This document shows positions 29,854 to 40,260 of a DNA stretch of 64,000 nucleotides, in pieces (position 1 is the first letter of the stretch; each line of letters opens with the position of its first letter). Source of the stretch: Candidatus Eiseniibacteriota bacterium (GTDB taxonomy: Bacteria; Eisenbacteria; RBG-16-71-46; CAZEPH01); NCBI GenBank assembly GCA_044229145.1, contig JBGATO010000014.1:1-64000 (forward strand), read 5' to 3'. The position numbers and the translations under genes were made by a program. The notes beneath the pieces are model-generated. The model was not told where the DNA came from. It searched no databases and was given only the letters and a program-made list of their open reading frames with translations.

Positions 29854-30986
29854 AGCACTCGGGCGACGTCACGCCGTCCCGCCGCCACCGCGCGGATCAC
29901 CGCCTCGCCCTCCTCGGAGCAGCGCTCCCAGGTGAAGCGCGCCGCCCACGTCAGCCCGGCCGCCGCCATCCGCGCCCGCAGCACCGGATCGCCCAGCACG
30001 GCGAGCGCACGCTGAGCGATCGCCTCGACATCGCCGTGCGGGACGAGGAAGCCGGTCTCGCCGTCGCGCACACTGTCGCGCAGTCCGGGACTGTGGCTGG
30101 CCACCACCGGCGTGCCGCAGGCGGCCGCCTCGACCATCGTCAGGCCCCAGCCTTCCTTGGGCGAGGGATTCACCACCACACCGGCTTGGCGCAAGAGCGC
30201 GACTTTTTCGGCCGAGGGCACGAAGCCGCGGAACTCCACCGCGGCGCCGAGTCCGAGCTGCCCCGCCATGCGCTCGAGTGCCGCGCGGTACGGACCGTTG
30301 CCGATCACCACCATGCGAGCATCGGGCAGCGTGGCGCGAATCCGCACCATCGCCTGCAGCGCGAACTGCACGCCTTTGTACTTCTGCAAGCGCCCGAGGA
30401 AGACGACGAGCCGCGGATCGGGCGCCGGATCGCCCGGCGTATAGAGCGTGTGATCGAGACCGCAGTGGCTCACCGCGATCTGCGCCGCCGGCAGTCCGCG
30501 CGCGACCAGATCGTCGCGCGTACTCTCGCTGATCGCCAACAGCGGCACGCGGCGATACACCGGCGCGATGCCCTGCTCCCACGCGTAGACGTAGGTGGCG
30601 AGCGGGAACGCCGCCTCGTGATACACCGTGGTGCCGAACAGATGCGGCACCACGCCGAGCACCGGCCGCCGCGCGAACAGCGGCGCGTAGAACGGAATCT
30701 TGTTGATGTCCTCGACGACGACATCACATTGCTCGTGCAGGCGTTCGCGGCGATAGAGCAGCGGCAGCGCGAAGTTGGCATTCCACCAATCGCCGGCGCG
30801 ACGCACGTCGATGCCGTCGATCTCCTCGCGCGGCACGGCGCCCGGCCACGACGACGACAGCTGCACGACACGATGCCCGCGCGTCACCATGCGGCGCAGG
30901 ATCTCGTGGAGATGCACTTCGGCGCCCCCGGCGGCGGGATGATGCATGTCGCGCCAGTTGAACGCCACGACGCGCAGGCCGGCCAC
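29847..30986 (-). CDS. GT4 glycosyltransferase
   Basis: NWRD..HPAAGGAE, GRLQKYKG, EGWGLTMVEAAACGTP. Confidence 0.92.
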   Translation of the reverse strand: MAGLRVVAFNWRDMHHPAAGGAEVHLHEILRRMVTRGHRVVQLSSSWPGAVPREEIDGIDVRRAGDWWNANFALPLLYRRERLHEQCDVVVEDINKIPFYAPLFARRPVLGVVPHLFGTTVYHEAAFPLATYVYAWEQGIAPVYRRVPLLAISESTRDDLVARGLPAAQIAVSHCGLDHTLYTPGDPAPDPRLVVFLGRLQKYKGVQFALQAMVRIRATLPDARMVVIGNGPYRAALERMAGQLGLGAAVEFRGFVPSAEKVALLRQAGVVVNPSPKEGWGLTMVEAAACGTPVVASHSPGLRDSVRDGETGFLVPHGDVEAIAQRALAVLGDPVLRARMAAAGLTWAARFTWERCSEEGEAVIRAVAAGRRDVARVLC

Positions 30987-31000
30987 GGCTTAGTCCGCCC

Positions 31001-31777
31001 TCACGGCTTCTTGCCCACGGTGCCGATCACGCTGCAGGTGTAGAGATGGAGCCGCGTGCCGCGGAACACGCGCTTGAGCGGCGCGATGAGCGATTCCCAC
31101 GCGGTAACGTGCCACGGCACCTGCGGCAAGCGCGCGACGCGCAACTTCGCAAGGCCGAGACGCAGCGTGCGGTACCACAGGCCGGGCACCATCCATTCGC
31201 CGTAAGTGAAGCGCACGTCGAGGCCGGCGCGACGCACCATCGCCTCGAGTTGCGCCGGCGAATACTGCGTCTCCCAGCCGGCGAACCAGCGGCCGAGCGC
31301 GATCAGGATCTGCTTGAGGATGGTGTAGAGGTGAAAGGTCTGCGGCACGTCCACCAACAACACGCCGCCGCGGCGCAGGACCCGCGCGTTCTCGTCGAGA
31401 AGGCGCTGATCCTCCGGCGCGCGGAAGTGTTCGAGCAATCCGGCGTGGAAGACACCGTCGAACGTACCCTCGCGGAACGGCATCTGACGCGCGTCGGCGC
31501 ACACCACGGGGATGTCGACGCCGTGCCGGCGCGCCGCCTCGCGCACGATCTCCAGCGAGCGCGGGATGTAGTCGACGACGATCATGCGCGCGCCCTGCTG
31601 CGCCATCGCCACGCTGTCGCGTCCGGTGCCGGCGCCCACCTCGAGCACCAGCGGGTGCGACGGCAACTCCGGCCGCAAGCGGCCGACGATGCGGTCGTCG
31701 TTGGCGTAGGACTCGTAGCCTTCGAGCCCTTCCCAATAGCTGCGCCAGTGTTGCGGGGTCGACTCGCGCTGCGGCAC
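31001..31777 (-). CDS. Class I SAM methyltransferase (type 11)
   Basis: VLEVGAGTGRD, FD.VFHAGLLEHF, RVLRRGG; TAGTG overlap with upstream gene. Confidence 0.85.
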   Translation of the reverse strand: MPQRESTPQHWRSYWEGLEGYESYANDDRIVGRLRPELPSHPLVLEVGAGTGRDSVAMAQQGARMIVVDYIPRSLEIVREAARRHGVDIPVVCADARQMPFREGTFDGVFHAGLLEHFRAPEDQRLLDENARVLRRGGVLLVDVPQTFHLYTILKQILIALGRWFAGWETQYSPAQLEAMVRRAGLDVRFTYGEWMVPGLWYRTLRLGLAKLRVARLPQVPWHVTAWESLIAPLKRVFRGTRLHLYTCSVIGTVGKKP

Positions 31778-32508
31778 TACTCGCCTCGCTCCAAACGGTC
31801 GGCGAGAATGCGCGGCAATCCGGCGCCGAGGATCTTGCCCTGCGCGGCTGGGATGTCGTACGGGATGCGGCGCAGTTCGACATGCACGCCGGCGGCGGTG
31901 CGCGTCACCAGCGCATACGCCGCCGCCGCGATGCGATCGCGCGGCTGGCCGACGCTCCCGACGTTCACCAGGTAGCGGCCAGGGCGATCGAGCGTCAACT
32001 CGCCGAATGGCACCATGCGCGCGGTTTCCTGATCGCGTTCGAACACTGCCGGGAGATGCGAGTGGCCGATGAATGCCACCGGCTCGTCGATGGCGGCGAG
32101 TTCGGCGGCGGCGTCCATCGAGTTCAGCACGTAGCGCCACTCCTCCGGGCCGATCGGCGTCGCGTGCACGAGCAACATGTCGTCCACCGTCGCGGCGAGC
32201 GGCAAGCTGGCGACGTAGTCCGCGAGGTCGGGGCGCAACGCCGCCGCCGTCCAATTCGCCGATTGCCGCGCGAACGGGTTGAAGTACTCGGTCGACGTCT
32301 TGCCAATCGCCGCCCAGTCGTGGTTGCCGGCGATCACCATGCTGCAGCGTTCGCGGATCAGGTCCAGGCATTCGTTGGGATTCGCGCCGTACCCGATGAT
32401 GTCGCCCAAGCACAACACGCTGTCGGCGCCGGCCGCGTCGAGGTCGGCGAAGACGGCGCTGAGCGCTTCCCAGTTGGAGTGGATGTCCGAGACGATGGCG
32501 TAGCGCAT
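31777..32508 (-). CDS. Calcineurin-like metallophosphoesterase
   Basis: SDIHSN, LGDIIGYG, GNHD, GHSH, NVGSVGQPRD. Confidence 0.93.
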   Translation of the reverse strand: MRYAIVSDIHSNWEALSAVFADLDAAGADSVLCLGDIIGYGANPNECLDLIRERCSMVIAGNHDWAAIGKTSTEYFNPFARQSANWTAAALRPDLADYVASLPLAATVDDMLLVHATPIGPEEWRYVLNSMDAAAELAAIDEPVAFIGHSHLPAVFERDQETARMVPFGELTLDRPGRYLVNVGSVGQPRDRIAAAAYALVTRTAAGVHVELRRIPYDIPAAQGKILGAGLPRILADRLERGE

Positions 32509-32528
32509 GGCGGAGCGCGTCCTCGCGA

Positions 32529-33152
32529 TTACGGGGTGTCGGGCGTGTGGGAGTCGGGCGTGCCGGGGTCGGGCGCGGCCGCATCGGCGGGCGCGGCATC
32601 GGCCTCGTCCGCGTCGTCGAGCAGCGCGTCGAGGCCGGCCACCGGCAGCTCGGCCTCGCGCACGCGGCGCGCCACGCGGTCGAGCACTCCGTTGACGAAC
32701 GCGCCGGATTCGCGTCCGCCGTACCGCTTGGCGAGCGAAATGGCCTCGCTGAGCGCGACGGCGAGCGGCACGTCCGGGCTGTAGAGAATCTCGGCGGCGC
32801 CGAGACGGAGCACGTTGCGATCCACCGCGCTCATGCGCTTCACCGTCCAGTTGAGCGCCGCGTCGTCGAGCACCGCGTCGATCTCCGCGCGATGTTCGTC
32901 GACACCGCGCACTAAGCGGCGGATGAAGGCGATGACGCCGGGATCGAGTTCGACGCGCGGGAAGGTCGCCCCCACCGGCAGTTCTTCGATCACCGCGTCG
33001 ATCTCGTCGGGGTCGAGTGGCGTCGGTTCGCTCAGCACGTCGTCGAGCGACTGCGCCACGGTTTCCCCGAGGACGTCGGATTGATAGAGCACGCGCAGCG
33101 CGAGTTCACGCGCGAAGCGACGGGTGGCCGGCGGTTGCCGCATCGCGCTCAT
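32529..33152 (-). CDS. nusB: Transcription antitermination factor NusB
   Basis: RRFARELALRVLYQ, W...RM..VDRNVLR, EAI.LAKRYG, FVNGVLD; follows ribH. Confidence 0.93.
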   Translation of the reverse strand: MSAMRQPPATRRFARELALRVLYQSDVLGETVAQSLDDVLSEPTPLDPDEIDAVIEELPVGATFPRVELDPGVIAFIRRLVRGVDEHRAEIDAVLDDAALNWTVKRMSAVDRNVLRLGAAEILYSPDVPLAVALSEAISLAKRYGGRESGAFVNGVLDRVARRVREAELPVAGLDALLDDADEADAAPADAAAPDPGTPDSHTPDTP

Positions 33153-33174
33153 CGTCGGGCCCCGGCGGACGTCG

Positions 33175-33645
33175 TCACGACAACGTCTCCAGCGTCGCGA
33201 CCATCTCGATGGCGGTGAGCGCCGCCTCGCGGCCCTTGTCGCCCACCGCGCCGCCGGCGATGCGGGCACGCGCCTGCGTCTCGTCGTCGGTGGTGAGCAC
33301 GCCGAACACCACCGGCACGCCGGTGTCGAGCATCACGCACATGACGCCGTCGGCCACCATCTGCGCGACATACTGGAAGTGCGGGGTGTCGCCACGAATC
33401 ACCGCGCCCAGCGCGCAGATCGCATCGACCGCACCGCCCTCGGCGATCTTCTGCGCGACGATCGGAATCTCCACCGCGCCAGGCACCCAGACGGTACGCA
33501 CGTCAGCGGCGCCGGCCTCCTGCAGCGTCGCGAGCGCCGAGGCATGCAGCGCACCGGTGATCTCGGCGTTGAAGCGCGCGACCACGAGCGCGAACCGGCG
33601 GCCCGCCGCGCTCGGCGGCGTCGAGGGCGTGGAAGTCTGTCCCAT
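33175..33645 (-). CDS. ribH: 6,7-dimethyl-8-ribityllumazine synthase
   Basis: ARFN, VPGAVEIP, GAVIRGDTPHF, GVLTT. Confidence 0.95.
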   Translation of the reverse strand: MGQTSTPSTPPSAAGRRFALVVARFNAEITGALHASALATLQEAGAADVRTVWVPGAVEIPIVAQKIAEGGAVDAICALGAVIRGDTPHFQYVAQMVADGVMCVMLDTGVPVVFGVLTTDDETQARARIAGGAVGDKGREAALTAIEMVATLETLS

Positions 33646-33648
33646 CGC

Positions 33649-34965
33649 CTAGAGATCCACGTCGATCAGATGACCGAGCTTCTTGCGCTTGGTGCGCAGG
33701 TAGCCGCGGTTGCGCGGATTGGCCGGCACCTGGAGTGGCACGCGCTCGACGATCTCGAGACCGTAGGCTTCGAGACCCACCACCTTCTTCGGATTGTTGG
33801 TGAGCAGGCGAATCTTGCGCAGCCCAAGGTCGGCGAGAATCTGCGCGCCGACGCCGTAGTCGCGCAGGTCGGCCTGGAAACCGAGCTTCTGATTCGCTTC
33901 GACGGTGTCGAGGCCGCGATCCTGCAGCGCGTACGCCCGCAGTTTGTTCGCGAGGCCGATGCCGCGGCCTTCCTGGCGCATGTACAACAGCACGCCGCGT
34001 TCTTCGTGTTCGATGCGCTCGAGCGCACGCTCCATCTGATCGCCGCAGTCGCAGCGGAGCGAGTGGAAGACGTCGCCGGTGAGACACTGCGAGTGGACGC
34101 GCGCGAGCACCGGCTTCGGCGTCGTGACGTCGCCCTTGACCAAGGCGACGTGATGGAAGGGCGTGCCCTGCTCCTCGTACAGATACAACGCGAACTCGCC
34201 GAACTTGGTCGGCAGCTTGGTCTCGACCAAGCGCTCGATCAGGCGCTCGGTGCGGCGGCGGTATTCGATCAGCGCTTTGATGGTGATGATGCGGAGCTTG
34301 TATTGCTTCGCCATCTTGAGCAGCTGCGGCGTGCGCATCATGCTGCCGTCGTCGGCCATCACCTCGCACAGCACACCTGCCGGTGTGAGGCCGGCGAGAC
34401 GCGCGAGGTCGATCGCGGCTTCGGTGTGGCCGGCGCGGCGCAGCACGCCGCCTTCACGGGCGCGCAGCGGGAAGATGTGCCCGGGGCGCTCGAGGTCGCC
34501 GGGCTGCGTCGCCGGATGCACCAAGGCGCGGATGGTGAGCGCGCGGTCGGCGGCCGAGATGCCGGTGGTGGTGCCGTTCACCGCGTCCACCGACACGGTG
34601 AAGGCGGTCGACATCTTCTCGGTGTTGTCCTGCACCATCGGCCCGAGCTCGAGTTCGTCGAGCCGCTCGCCGGTCATCGGCACGCAGATCAAGCCGCGCG
34701 CGTACTTGGTGAAGAAGTTGATGTCGGCCGGCGTGACCTTCTCGGCGGCCATGATGAGGTCGCCTTCGTTCTCGCGCTCTTCGTCGTCGACGACGATGAC
34801 CTTTTCACCGCGGCGAATCGCGGCGATGGCGTCTTCGACGCGATCCATCTGCAGGCCGTGCGAACCGGCGGCGCGGCGGCGCGCCGGTGCCGGCGTGGCG
34901 CGGCGCGACGGCGTCTTGGCGGCCGGGCGGCGCGCGGTGGCACCGCGGCCGTTCTTCGAGATCAC
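33649..34965 (-). CDS. ribBA: Bifunctional DHBP synthase / GTP cyclohydrolase II
   Basis: [45 protein letters not shown]. Confidence 0.96.
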   Translation of the reverse strand: MISKNGRGATARRPAAKTPSRRATPAPARRRAAGSHGLQMDRVEDAIAAIRRGEKVIVVDDEERENEGDLIMAAEKVTPADINFFTKYARGLICVPMTGERLDELELGPMVQDNTEKMSTAFTVSVDAVNGTTTGISAADRALTIRALVHPATQPGDLERPGHIFPLRAREGGVLRRAGHTEAAIDLARLAGLTPAGVLCEVMADDGSMMRTPQLLKMAKQYKLRIITIKALIEYRRRTERLIERLVETKLPTKFGEFALYLYEEQGTPFHHVALVKGDVTTPKPVLARVHSQCLTGDVFHSLRCDCGDQMERALERIEHEERGVLLYMRQEGRGIGLANKLRAYALQDRGLDTVEANQKLGFQADLRDYGVGAQILADLGLRKIRLLTNNPKKVVGLEAYGLEIVERVPLQVPANPRNRGYLRTKRKKLGHLIDVDL

Positions 34966-34986
34966 GAGTGGCTTCCTCTCTTTCGC

Positions 34987-35592
34987 TCAGACCTGCGCCG
35001 CGTCCGCGGGCTGCAGGAGCCGCTCGACGTAGCGGCTGATCACATCGACTTCGACGTTCACACGCGATCCGGGCTGCCAGCCGCCGGCGGTGGTCACCGC
35101 CAGCGTGTGCGGGATGAGGTACACGCGGAAGCACGCGCCCTCCACCTCGCCCACGGTGAGGCTGATGCCATCGAGCGAGACCGAGCCCTTGGGGGCGACG
35201 TAGCGCGCGAGGTCGGCCGGCAGTTCGAGCGTCACCGCTTCGCCATAGTCGGCGGAGTGGCGATCGCGCACCGTGGCCACGCCGTCGACGTGACCGGACA
35301 CGAGGTGGCCGCCGAGGCGATCGCCGAGTTGCAGCGCGCGCTCGAGATTCACGCGACCGCCCACCGGGACATCGCCCAGAGTGGTCCGACGCAGCGTTTC
35401 CTCGATCGCATTCACCGCGAAGCTCGACCCATCGTGGCGCACCACCGACAGGCACACGCCGTTGATGGCGATCGACTCGCCGAGGCCCAGCTGTCCCGCG
35501 TAGAGCGGCGCCTCGAGGAGGAGGTCCGCCCCGGCGCCGCGCACCTGGCGCTCGATCAGGGTTCCTTGCGTCTCGACCAATCCGGTGAACAC
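34987..35592 (-). CDS. ribE: Riboflavin synthase
   Basis: MFTGLVE, SIAINGVCL, NLERAL, GGHLVSGHVD, KGSVSLDGISLT. Confidence 0.95.
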   Translation of the reverse strand: MFTGLVETQGTLIERQVRGAGADLLLEAPLYAGQLGLGESIAINGVCLSVVRHDGSSFAVNAIEETLRRTTLGDVPVGGRVNLERALQLGDRLGGHLVSGHVDGVATVRDRHSADYGEAVTLELPADLARYVAPKGSVSLDGISLTVGEVEGACFRVYLIPHTLAVTTAGGWQPGSRVNVEVDVISRYVERLLQPADAAQV

Positions 35593-35727
35593 GGCGCGCT
35601 CCTGGCCGATGGTGGGCGGTGGCGCGCGGGGCTCCAGGCGCCCGCACGGCGAAGGGCGGAGTGTAGTCGTTTCCCGCCGCCCCCGGCCAGCACCGATCGC
35701 GGCGCCGGGCCGTCCATTCTCGGGGCG

Positions 35728-36909
35728 TCAGCCGCGCGCGGTGGGCTCGCCCTGGGCCGCGGGGCCGGGCTGGACGGCCGGGCCCCGCAGATACCCTTCG
35801 ATGAGGACGTCCGGGCCGACGGCGCGCACCCGGCGGCCGGCGAGGCGCCAACCGCGCGGCCCGCCGTCCGGCCCGATATCGCCGGTCCAGCCGAGCCCTC
35901 CGCCACCCAGGACCGTGGGGGCGACGAAGACGTGCACGCGATCCACCAGGCCGGCGCGCAGGAACGCGGTGTAGATGCCGCGGCCACCCTCGAGCAGGAC
36001 GCTGCGGATCTCGCGCCGCGCCAAGCTCCACAGCACGGCCTGCGGATCCACCCTGCCGCGGGCGTCGCTCGGCGCCACCACCACGTCGTGTCCGGCATCG
36101 CGCAGACGCTGTCGGCGTAGCGGGCTGGCGTCGTCGGTGGTGAAGATCACCGTCGGCGCATCGGGACCGAGCACACGGGCGCCATCGGGCAGCCGGAGTT
36201 GCGAGTCGAGGACGACGCGCAGCGGGTGGCGGCCGCGCACGTGGCGCACGGTGAGCAGCGGGTCGTCGGCGAGGACGGTGCCGATGCCGACCAGGATGGC
36301 GTCGCACGCCGCGCGCAGCCGGTGCGCGTGCTGCCGCGCCGGCAGCGCGGTGATCCAGCGCGTCTCGGCGGTCTGCTCGGGGTGGGCAATGCGACCGTCG
36401 AGGCTGGTCGCCACCTTGAGGGCGACCAATGGGCGGCCGCTTTCGTGCCAGACGTGGAACTCATCGTTGAGCCGCCACGCCGCCTCGCTCTCGAGACCGG
36501 AGCTCACGCCGACTCCCGCCTCGCGCAAGCGGGCCGCGCCGCCGTGCGCTTCGCGGTGCGGATCGTCCAGCGCGTACACAACACGCGTGACGCCGGCGGC
36601 GAGAATGGCCTCGGTGCACGGTGGCGTCAGGCCCTGATGGTTGCACGGTTCGAGTGTCACCACGAGCGTGGCGCCGCGCGCTGCCTCCCCCGCCGCGGCG
36701 AGCGCCAGCACCTCCGCGTGCGGCGTTCCGGGCCCGCGATGAAAGCCTTCACCGACCGGCACGCCATCGCGCACCACCACCGCCCCGACACGCGGATTCG
36801 GCGTCAGGCGGCCGCGCGCACGCGCGGCGAGCGCGAGGGCGCGGCGCATCGCCGCCGCTTCGGCGACGGAGACGGGCTGCAGATGAGATTCGGGCGAGGA
36901 CGGCGACAC
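35728..36909 (-). CDS. ribD: Riboflavin biosynthesis deaminase/reductase
   Basis: PNPRVG, HAE, TLEPCNH...PPC, SLDG, EGG; GTG start after GGAGGT (approximate). Confidence 0.95.
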   Translation of the reverse strand: MSPSSPESHLQPVSVAEAAAMRRALALAARARGRLTPNPRVGAVVVRDGVPVGEGFHRGPGTPHAEVLALAAAGEAARGATLVVTLEPCNHQGLTPPCTEAILAAGVTRVVYALDDPHREAHGGAARLREAGVGVSSGLESEAAWRLNDEFHVWHESGRPLVALKVATSLDGRIAHPEQTAETRWITALPARQHAHRLRAACDAILVGIGTVLADDPLLTVRHVRGRHPLRVVLDSQLRLPDGARVLGPDAPTVIFTTDDASPLRRQRLRDAGHDVVVAPSDARGRVDPQAVLWSLARREIRSVLLEGGRGIYTAFLRAGLVDRVHVFVAPTVLGGGGLGWTGDIGPDGGPRGWRLAGRRVRAVGPDVLIEGYLRGPAVQPGPAAQGEPTARG

Positions 36910-37043
36910 GCGGCGGGGACACCTCCATCGGCAGCGGCGCGCCGAGGCGCGCGGGATGACGGCCTCGCAGGATAGAAGGCAGGCCGCGCCGGTGTCCGGC
37001 CGCCGCGGCCCGCGCGCCTCGCCTCCACTTCCTCCACCAGCGG

Positions 37044-39151
37044 TCACCGCCGTACTTCTGTCCTTGGCATCTCGTAGAACAGATTGGCGAACATGCCGGC
37101 GAGTCCGTCCTGCTCCGTGTCCACCGGCTGCGCGCTCACCCAGTACCTGGTATCCCCAGACTCATCAGCGCCAGACGCGGCGCCGCGCGATGAAGATAGC
37201 CGCACAGCGCCTTGCCTTGTTCGACCAGTTGGGGCCAGGGTCGCCGTTGTTGTCGTAGGGTGTACAGCGGATCGAGTTCGTCGCCGGGCCGCAGGGCGAA
37301 GCGGCCGACCGCCACTTCGGCGCCGACGCGGCCGGTGGCCGGCAGGCCGTACCAGCGCTCCTTGTCGAACTGCAAGCGCGGGAACCCACCGCCGCCCGGG
37401 ATGCCGTGCACCTTCGCCCAATCGGTGGGATCGGCGCCTTGGAAGCCGTTGCGGTTGGCGTCGGTCTTCGCCCACGAAATCTGGTCGCACATGTGCATGT
37501 AGTCCGCGGCGAAATTGTAGCGGCCGGGCGCCAGCAGGTTCGCGGAAGTCGGCGGGTTGGTGGGAATCGGTGTCATCGTCGCGCGCACAGCCGAGTAGCC
37601 CATGATGACCATCGACCCGCCCGCATCGAGGTAGCTGGAAAGCGGGTTCGGCCGGATGCGCGCCTGCCCGATGCGCGTCGCCACGAAGTCGGTGAACGCG
37701 ACGCCGGGACTGCTGCCGGGGATCCCGACTTCCCACACCACGAACTTGTAGCGGCACATGTCGGCGAGCGGCGGCGCGACGTGGTAGAGCGGATCGTACG
37801 AGACGGGCATCGTCGTGAACGAGTCGATCGCCGTCGAGCGGCCGAGCGTGTTCATGGCCAGGCGCAGGGCACCGAGCGAATGACGGCGATGCTCGTCGTC
37901 GCTCGGCTGGATGCCGGCGGCGCGAATGTCGTTCACGTCATCGACCCACAGAATGTCCTTCTCGCCGGTGAACGCGGCGAGCGTGAGGCGCAATACGCCG
38001 GTGGTGATCGCGCCGTTGCTGTCCTGGACCTGGATGACGATGTCGTGGATGGCGGCCGTGCGATCGCGGAACACCAGCCCGTTGATGCCGAGCAATGAAC
38101 GCGTGAAGCCGGTGGCCCAGCCCGGATCGTTCTTGTTGCCGATGTCGACGACGTCGACGCCCCACCGGTAGCCGGCGATGACCGCGCCGGTAATCCCGGC
38201 ATCGGCGGTCCACGTGAGATTGAGCTGGTGATCGAACACGTACTGCGCGGAATCGCGGCCCACGCCGGCCCACTCGAAGGTGCCGAGGTTGACGCTGTTC
38301 ACCGTCAGCGCCGGTCCCTGCCGCGAGATGTACGCGCCGTAGAAGAAGAGATTGCGTCCGGCCACGTACGCCGGCTCCACCGCTCCGGCTTCATCCACCG
38401 CGCGCCAGGCGAAGACCCAGTACTGCACGGCCTGATCGCCGGACACCAAATCGCGGTAACTGACCTCCATGGTGTCAGTCGGCGAGGGAAGGTATTGCCA
38501 CTGCGTGCTGGGATCGTCGAGCAATTTGGCGGCGCCGGCGGGATTGCCGATCAGCGAATTCGGGATACGTAACCGCGCGAAGCGATAGCCGACGGGCGTC
38601 TTGCGCGTGACGCCGTCGGCATCGGTGCCGGACCAGCGAATGAGGAGCGCCGGGCCACCGCTCACCAGCGAGTTGTAGCCGTTGCCCTGCGCCACCGCGA
38701 CCGGAAACAGAGCGCGCGATTGCGGCGCGATGGTGCGCGCGTTGAACGACAACTCCACCACCGGGGAGTGCATGCCGCGGTCGTCCACCGCGCGCAGGTA
38801 GAACGTGTGCCACTCCGTCTGATTCGCCCCGGTCGCACTGAACACGAGCGAGGCGGAGAACTGCGAGGTGCGCGTCCACACGGTGTCCTGCGTGTCCACC
38901 GCGTACTCGCTGTACATGACGCGCCCGTCATCGTCCCAGGCGCGCCAGTAGATGGGCACCGAGTAGAAGCTGGTCGAGTTGGCTACCGGCGACGACGTGA
39001 TCTCGACGTGCGGTGGTTCGTTGCGGGGTTCGAGCCCGGTGGGTGTGCCATGCTGGCAGCCGGAGACCGCGAAGGCGGCCAGCCAACAGAGGACCACGAC
39101 GAGCGACGCGCGGCGCGCACTTCGCACCGCGGCACGGGGACACCGTGACAC
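37044..39151 (-). CDS. Hypothetical lipoprotein (Ig/FN3-like N-terminus) with apparent frameshift(s) near the 3' end
   Basis: AGGAG RBS, lipobox AVSG-C; annotated frame stops at 37136, but a coding-like frame continues YWVSAQ...MFANLFYEMPRTEVRR to 37044. Confidence 0.65.
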
Positions 39152-39305
39152 GTGGCGTTCTCCTGCGTGGATCGAGCGCAATCGGAATGAAGACGAGCCG
39201 AGGAGGAAGGGCGCGGAGTGCTGATGCTGGCGCACTTCGGCGCGTCCCGCAAGCGGCAAAGCGCGGGACGCGGGGGGCGCCGGCGCTCACCCCGCGCCCT
39301 CGCCC

Positions 39306-40100
39306 TCAGAGCAGCCGGGCCTCGCGGAAGCTGGTCCAGCCGGTACGGCTCACCACCACGTGATCGAGCACCGGAATGCCGAGCAGTTCGCCCGATTGCA
39401 CGAGCCGGCGGGTGATCGCCACGTCGTCGTCGCTCGGCGTGGTCTCGCCGCTGGGGTGGTTGTGGCCAGGCACGATGCTGGCGGCCGGCCGCGCGATGGC
39501 CGGCGAGTACACCTCGCGCGGATGCACGATGCTGGCGTTGAGCGTGCCGATCGAGATCACCTCGGCGTGTTGCACGCGGTGGCGCGCGTCGAGGTAGAGC
39601 ACCAGGAAGTGCTCGCGGCGACGATCGCGGATCTCGCGCGCCAGCACGTACACGTCGCTCGGCCCGGAGATCGCCGGAGGATCGGTCTCGGGCGACAGCG
39701 CGCGGCGGCGGCCGAGTTCGAGCGCCGCCAGGATCGCGGCGGCGCGCGTGAGGCCGACGCCGTCGAGCGCCGCGAGGTCGCCGAGTGGCGGCGGCGCGGC
39801 GCCCGGGAGTCCGAGGTGTCGCTCGACGTCGGCGGCGATCGCCAGCGCATCGCGCGCGCGGGTGCCGCTGCCCACCAGCAGTGCGAGGAGTTCGGTGTCG
39901 GTGAGCACTGCGGGGCCGCGTGCGGCGAGCTTCTCGCGCGGCCGGTCGGCTTCGAGCGTGTCGGCGAGACGTGTGGTGCGGCGTGGTGCCCAACTGCGGC
40001 GGCGTGCGCCGAGCGGCGAAAGTGCGACGACCGGCGCGCGCTCGGTGCCGGCGGCCGGCGGCGTCTGCGCGGCCGGCGTGACGGTGGCGTCCCCACCCAT
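39306..40100 (-). CDS. radC: RadC / JAB-domain (UPF0758) protein
   Basis: RPREKL, ELLALL..G, REHF, GTLNASIVHPRE, HNHPSG, S..D, LDH. Confidence 0.93.
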   Translation of the reverse strand: MGGDATVTPAAQTPPAAGTERAPVVALSPLGARRRSWAPRRTTRLADTLEADRPREKLAARGPAVLTDTELLALLVGSGTRARDALAIAADVERHLGLPGAAPPPLGDLAALDGVGLTRAAAILAALELGRRRALSPETDPPAISGPSDVYVLAREIRDRRREHFLVLYLDARHRVQHAEVISIGTLNASIVHPREVYSPAIARPAASIVPGHNHPSGETTPSDDDVAITRRLVQSGELLGIPVLDHVVVSRTGWTSFREARLL

Positions 40101-40153
40101 CTTCCCATCCCTTCCCACCCGCGGACGCCCGTGTCCGTCCGGGAGGTGCGGCG

Positions 40154-40182
40154 ATGCTACGCGGGCCCGGCCCCGCCGTCAA
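40154..40182 (-). promoter_or_regulatory. sigma70 promoter of radC
   Basis: TTGACG-17 nt-TAGCAT. Confidence 0.65.
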
Positions 40183-40196
40183 CGCGGCGGCAGACG

Positions 40197-40230
40197 CGAA
40201 ACGGCGCCCAGCGGTGAAGCCGGGCGCCGT
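40197..40230 (-). terminator. Intrinsic terminator of the 43491-40261 operon
   Basis: ACGGCGCCCGGC-TTCACC-GCTGGGCGCCGT followed by TTCG. Confidence 0.6.
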
Positions 40231-40260
40231 CGACTCGGCACGTCTCGTGTGCGGTGGACC

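Noticed and set aside
36910..37135. Possible FMN riboswitch upstream of ribD
   Set aside because: No RFN consensus segments seen; much of the region is probably the shifted 3' end of the upstream gene
39306..40100. radC as a marker of a mobile or anti-defence element
   Set aside because: Full-length chromosomal-type RadC with its own promoter and no mobile genes nearby
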